From an uncultured Gemmatimonadales bacterium (GTDB lineage: Bacteria; Gemmatimonadota; Gemmatimonadetes; Gemmatimonadales; GWC2-71-9): DNA of 64,000 nt. This document shows, piece after piece, positions 59,951 through 64,000 of the stretch. How positions within the stretch are numbered: the stretch's first letter is position 1; each line of letters starts with the position of its first letter. The notes under the pieces were generated by a model. The model saw nothing but the letters and a program-made list of their open reading frames with translations, was not told the origin of the DNA and made no database searches. The stretch spans positions 355,175 to 419,174 of the forward strand of contig CAVSQW010000009.1 of the NCBI GenBank assembly GCA_963730185.1, written 5' to 3'. A program made the translations under genes and the position numbers.

Positions 59951-61077
59951 CCTTCGCCTTCGTCCTCTTCTTCGGCTTGGTGGCCGGATTGGTGCTGGTA
60001 CCCCTGTTGCCCGGCATTCTCGAGTGGCGCCGCCCGACCGACACGACGCCGCTCACGGTGGTCCAGCACTCCGATGTCGACATCCGCTACTTCGCCCACC
60101 GGTTCCGAACCCGGGTCGGTGAGTACCTCGCCGAACCCCTCGCCCGATGCCGCGAGACCGGCGCCGTCCAGGAAGGGGACCTGGGCGGCCAGCCCTACCG
60201 GGTCATGCCAGCCCGGGTCGCGCCGGCACTGAGCGACACCGAGCAATCGCTGCACCGCCTCGATCGGATCCTCCTCGGATGCGGCGACCTCGAGCTCCCA
60301 GACGGGCTGGTCGCCCGGCGGGAGATCTACGCCGAAGGATCGGTGCGCGGCGGCGCCGGCGGCGTGTACCGGGCCATTCTCGCGGCCGGCGACGTGACCC
60401 TGGGGCCCGGCAGCCGAACCCTCCGCTGGATACACGCCGACGGCGCCGTTCGACTGGGACCCGACTCGCGGGCCCACGGGCGGTTGTCGTCCGATCACGT
60501 CGTCCGCCTCGCAGAGGGCGTGGAGTTCGAGCGGGTCCGGGCCAGGCAGGTGGAGTTCGGCCGAATCGAGCCCGCCCTCCATCCGGTGGTGCATCCCGAA
60601 CTGCCCACGTTGGAGCCCGGTGGGCTCCGGCGGGGATCGGTGATCGAGGCGGGGGCGGATCGCTGGCTGGTCAAGGGCGACTGCGAGGTTCCACCGGGCG
60701 TCCGCCTGAAGGTCGACCTGATCGTGACCGGCAAGTGTTGGATCGGTCGGGGCACCGAGCTGGCACGCGGCGTCAAGAGTCACGAGGAGCTGGTCGTCGG
60801 CGAGCAGGTCCGGATCCGCGGGGCCGTGGTCAGCGAGCGCGACGTCGTGATCGGCGCCGGCTGCCGGATCGAGGGCCCGATCGTGGGCGAGCGCCGGGTG
60901 CGTCTCGGCGCCGGTGTGACGGTCGGTGATACCGATCGTCCGACGACCGTGAGCGGTCGCGATCTGGAGATCACCGGCGGCACCGTCGTTCACGGAACCC
61001 TCTGGGCCCATCGGCGGGGATTGGTCAGCGCCGCACCGAGCCCCGCATCGGCGGCTCAGGACGTCACGGCACCATGA
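59947..61077 (+). CDS. Membrane-anchored beta-helix (polymer-forming/bactofilin-like) protein
   Basis: ATG 59947 (ATGA overlap). N-terminal TM followed by two blocks of V/I-x-G repeat strands. Confidence 0.65.
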   Translation: MTFAFVLFFGLVAGLVLVPLLPGILEWRRPTDTTPLTVVQHSDVDIRYFAHRFRTRVGEYLAEPLARCRETGAVQEGDLGGQPYRVMPARVAPALSDTEQSLHRLDRILLGCGDLELPDGLVARREIYAEGSVRGGAGGVYRAILAAGDVTLGPGSRTLRWIHADGAVRLGPDSRAHGRLSSDHVVRLAEGVEFERVRARQVEFGRIEPALHPVVHPELPTLEPGGLRRGSVIEAGADRWLVKGDCEVPPGVRLKVDLIVTGKCWIGRGTELARGVKSHEELVVGEQVRIRGAVVSERDVVIGAGCRIEGPIVGERRVRLGAGVTVGDTDRPTTVSGRDLEITGGTVVHGTLWAHRRGLVSAAPSPASAAQDVTAP

Positions 61078-61964
61078 AAGCCACCAATCTGCGGACCGGC
61101 GATCTGCTGTTGCAGTACCCCGACGAGGCCGACCGCTCCCTGCCCACGGCCCTCGACGAGTCACGCTTTCGAGGCCATCTCGGAGGCCTCATCGCACGGC
61201 ATCGGAGCCTGATCGTCGAACCCAGAACCCGGGTCAAGATGCTGTCGAGCCTGGCCCTGGTGCTCGCGGTGTTGGCCGTCTGGGCTCTCGTCTTCGATCG
61301 AGTCACCATTGCCTGGGCGTGGATCCTGGACTTCTGGCAGGCCGTGTTCGGGATGGGCGGCTATGCCCTCCGCATCGAGTACGAGCTGGGCCTCCGGTTC
61401 CCGTACGTCGGCTTTCCATCGGCGTTGCCCGGACCGCGGCTCTGGATCCTGGGCGCGCTGCTCACGGCGGCGCTCTTCATCGGGAGCCTCTTCGTCCCCC
61501 GCCGCTACCTCCCGATCGCCTCCGGCCTCAGGGTGGTCGCCTTTTTCCAGGCGGGGGCCCAGCTGTTCTTCGCGTTCTGGCCGGAGTCCTTCCCCTACAG
61601 CGGGGCAGGGTACGTCCATGGGATGCTGATCGCGGCGCTGGCCTTCATCACGCTGATCCCGGTGCTGCTCGGGATGACGTTCTACGTGTTCGACCTCGGA
61701 TGGCGCCGGAAGCTGGGGCTCACGGTGCTCGTCATGCTCCACCAGGTCGTCTTCGTGCCGCTCCAGTTCATGGCCCACGCGGTCGTCATCTACTACTTGT
61801 CGGTGCTGTTCCTTCCCCTCCTGTTCTTCGTGTTCGGGCTCCCGCTCAACGTGCTGATCTTCATCGCCTTCTACGGGTGGGGTGTGAGCTGGAAGAGCCT
61901 CTGGCAGCCGGTCGCTGCTACCACTGGGCCGGAGATGGAAGCCGCCGCGGGAGGGGCCTCGTGA
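61074..61964 (+). CDS. Polytopic membrane protein of unknown function
   Basis: About 6-7 hydrophobic helices. ATGA/GTGA-coupled on both sides. Confidence 0.75.
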   Translation: MKATNLRTGDLLLQYPDEADRSLPTALDESRFRGHLGGLIARHRSLIVEPRTRVKMLSSLALVLAVLAVWALVFDRVTIAWAWILDFWQAVFGMGGYALRIEYELGLRFPYVGFPSALPGPRLWILGALLTAALFIGSLFVPRRYLPIASGLRVVAFFQAGAQLFFAFWPESFPYSGAGYVHGMLIAALAFITLIPVLLGMTFYVFDLGWRRKLGLTVLVMLHQVVFVPLQFMAHAVVIYYLSVLFLPLLFFVFGLPLNVLIFIAFYGWGVSWKSLWQPVAATTGPEMEAAAGGAS

Positions 61965-62779
61965 ATCGATGTCTTCGAAGACCGGCCGCGCGGCGGAGCT
62001 GCTCCTTGGCGCTGACGGCCGCCTGCCTGGCCGCGGGCCTGCCGGCCGGGGTGGTCGCAGCCCAGGAGCCCGCGCCGCGGGTCAAGTGGACCCCGGCGAT
62101 GGTGGTTACCCTCGGCTACGGTGACCACACCGGTGGCAATGCCGGATCGCAGGCGGTCACCGTCTATCTGTCCCGACCGGACCGCTACTGGACTTTCTCG
62201 GCCGGGCACCAGCAGCTCCTGGGCGAGGAGGGGTACGGCGTCGGGGTGAGCTTCCTCAAGGCCTGGAGCCACCGCTATCGGCTGAGCGCCGGCCTGAGCA
62301 GCGGCATCAACGAGAGGGGCAACCTCTATCCGCGGTATCACGTCGGGCTCTCGGCCGCCATGAGCGTGACCGAGCGGCTGGAGACGTCGATCGACTACGG
62401 CCATCGCCAGGCCACGATCGCCGGGGTCCGGAGCGACCGGATCGGGGCCGGCTTCACCTGGTATGCGCCCGCCCATCTGATCCTCGGCGGCGGGGCAACC
62501 ATCGGGGTCAACCAACCGAGCAGTCGCTCGTCTTGGTCGGCCGGGGCCGGGCTCAGCTACAGCGTCTGGGAGCGCTGGTCGGCCGGGGCCCGGGTGGACT
62601 ACGGTGACGGCAGCTACGTCATCCTGCCCAGTCAGGGGATCGAGGAGTTCCAGAGCTGGGCCTACTCGGCCTCGCTCTCGAAGTACCTGGCGCCCAAGCT
62701 GTCCGTGCGCCTGACCGCGGGCCATGCCGACTACTACGGCGGGTTCAACCTCAGCCTCGCGGTGGCCAAGGGATGGTAG
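61961..62779 (+). CDS. YaiO-like outer-membrane beta-barrel
   Basis: GTG 61961 and a signal peptide. Alternating amphipathic strands rich in Y/G/S, terminal Trp. Confidence 0.65.
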   Translation: MNRCLRRPAARRSCSLALTAACLAAGLPAGVVAAQEPAPRVKWTPAMVVTLGYGDHTGGNAGSQAVTVYLSRPDRYWTFSAGHQQLLGEEGYGVGVSFLKAWSHRYRLSAGLSSGINERGNLYPRYHVGLSAAMSVTERLETSIDYGHRQATIAGVRSDRIGAGFTWYAPAHLILGGGATIGVNQPSSRSSWSAGAGLSYSVWERWSAGARVDYGDGSYVILPSQGIEEFQSWAYSASLSKYLAPKLSVRLTAGHADYYGGFNLSLAVAKGW

Positions 62780-64000
62780 CCCTTCCCCTGTTCGCCGCCG
62801 TCACGGTGTGGCTGGCCCTCACCCAGGCTCTGACGATCTCCGCCGGGTTGGTGGGCGCCAGGATGAGCCAGCCGCTCGCCATCGGGATCGTGGCGGTCTC
62901 GGCGGTGCTGGGCGCGCTCTTCGGCCTCCGCTTCCGCCGCTCCGACCGGGAGGCCGCCCGGAGGTCGATGGAGCCGCCGGGCCTGGGCCGCTGGATGAAT
63001 CGCGCGTTCGCGGCGCTGGCGGTGGCGCTCCTGATCTGGGGCGTCGTAGTCTGGCTCCAGCTCTGGGTTCTCGCCTGGTATCGTTCGCCGCTCGGCTGGG
63101 ACGAGCTCTGGTATCACATCGCCGCGATCAACGAGTGGACCGTCCGGGGCGCCATCGGCTTCCACCCCTTGGACCCGGCCCTCGCGTCCGTGCCTCACGA
63201 GGTGGAACTCGCCGGCTGGCTCGACCTCCCGATGGGCATCGAATCGACCGGATTCCTGCTCTACTACCTCGCCGGGATGACCGACCGGTTGATCGACGCC
63301 GCCAACCTCCCCTATTGGCCGCTCGCCTTCACCGCACTGGTGGTCATCGCCGAGCGCCTCGGGGCCCGTGGCGTCTGGCGGTGGCTTGCGGGCGGCTTGC
63401 TGTTCGGCGTCTCCCTCTTCGTAATCCAGGGCGCCACCCTCTACATCGACGCCGGGTTCGGGAGCGCCACGATGGCCGCCGTCGCCGCCGCCCTGGTCTT
63501 CAGCTTCGACCGGAAGGCGCCCCCGGGGTGGAGCGCCGTGCTGCTCGGAGCGACCGCCGGCCTGATGCTGGGCGCCAAAGGAACCGGGGCGCCCTACCTC
63601 GTCGTGGTGCTCGGCCTCACCGGCCTGGCGGCCGTGATCGTCCGCGGCTGGCGAGCCGCACGGCGGCCGCTCGCTTTCCTCGGTCTGGCCGGCACGGTGG
63701 CGCTCGCGGTGGGTGGCTACTGGTACCTGCGGAACGCCGTCCATACCGGCAATCCGATCTACCCGATTCAGCTCCAGATCGGTCACAAGGTTCTGGCCTC
63801 GGGGTACGACTTGACGGGTTATGATCGCCTCGACTGGATCGTCCGGCCGGTCCTCAAACCATACCCGCCGTGGGCCCGGACGCCGGTCGCCTGGCTCCAG
63901 CGTGACCTGCCGATCTTCCATCCCGGCGATGGGCCGAACTACGCCCCCGCGGCGGGCCTCGGCTTCATCTGGCTGCTCGGCGGGCTGCCGGCCGCCGCCC
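62773..64000 (+). CDS. GT-C/ArnT-like polytopic membrane protein (3' truncated; absent from the ORF track)
   Basis: ATG 62773 (MVALPLFAAVTVWL...) overlaps the upstream stop and the frame is open to the window end. WDELWYH follows a TM, then GAKGTG and WYLRNAVHTGNPIYP. Confidence 0.7.
   Translation, partial: MVALPLFAAVTVWLALTQALTISAGLVGARMSQPLAIGIVAVSAVLGALFGLRFRRSDREAARRSMEPPGLGRWMNRAFAALAVALLIWGVVVWLQLWVLAWYRSPLGWDELWYHIAAINEWTVRGAIGFHPLDPALASVPHEVELAGWLDLPMGIESTGFLLYYLAGMTDRLIDAANLPYWPLAFTALVVIAERLGARGVWRWLAGGLLFGVSLFVIQGATLYIDAGFGSATMAAVAAALVFSFDRKAPPGWSAVLLGATAGLMLGAKGTGAPYLVVVLGLTGLAAVIVRGWRAARRPLAFLGLAGTVALAVGGYWYLRNAVHTGNPIYPIQLQIGHKVLASGYDLTGYDRLDWIVRPVLKPYPPWARTPVAWLQRDLPIFHPGDGPNYAPAAGLGFIWLLGGLPAAA

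Overview
This is a high-GC, gene-dense bacterial chromosome segment with about 45 CDS. I saw no rRNA, tRNA, CRISPR array, integrase or transposase. The gene repertoire (ADOP-type orphan permease, CRTAC1/ASPIC-UnbV proteins, carboxypeptidase-regulatory/plug-domain proteins, membrane Ser/Thr kinase with TPR) suggests Gemmatimonadota; this is an inference. Main points of interest: (1) a hidden selenoprotein candidate, an AhpD/peroxidase-like gene with a CxxU motif (in-frame TGA at 24826-24828, minus strand) followed by a SECIS-like hairpin, with downstream genes apparently translationally coupled to it; (2) two convergent operons (27.1-42.0 kb) that resemble an uncharacterised glycan/amino-sugar uptake and catabolism pathway; (3) a WecB-GT2-beta-helix-membrane protein-YaiO-like barrel-GT-C-like operon that resembles an uncharacterised surface-polysaccharide system; (4) a PKS-free UnbU/UnbV-like module; (5) a repeated TTTCCCTCGGAA motif upstream of a Lys/Ala-rich SWIB gene. 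Five genes carry six single-base frameshifts, most likely assembly errors. All family assignments come from motif recognition by eye, not from database searches.
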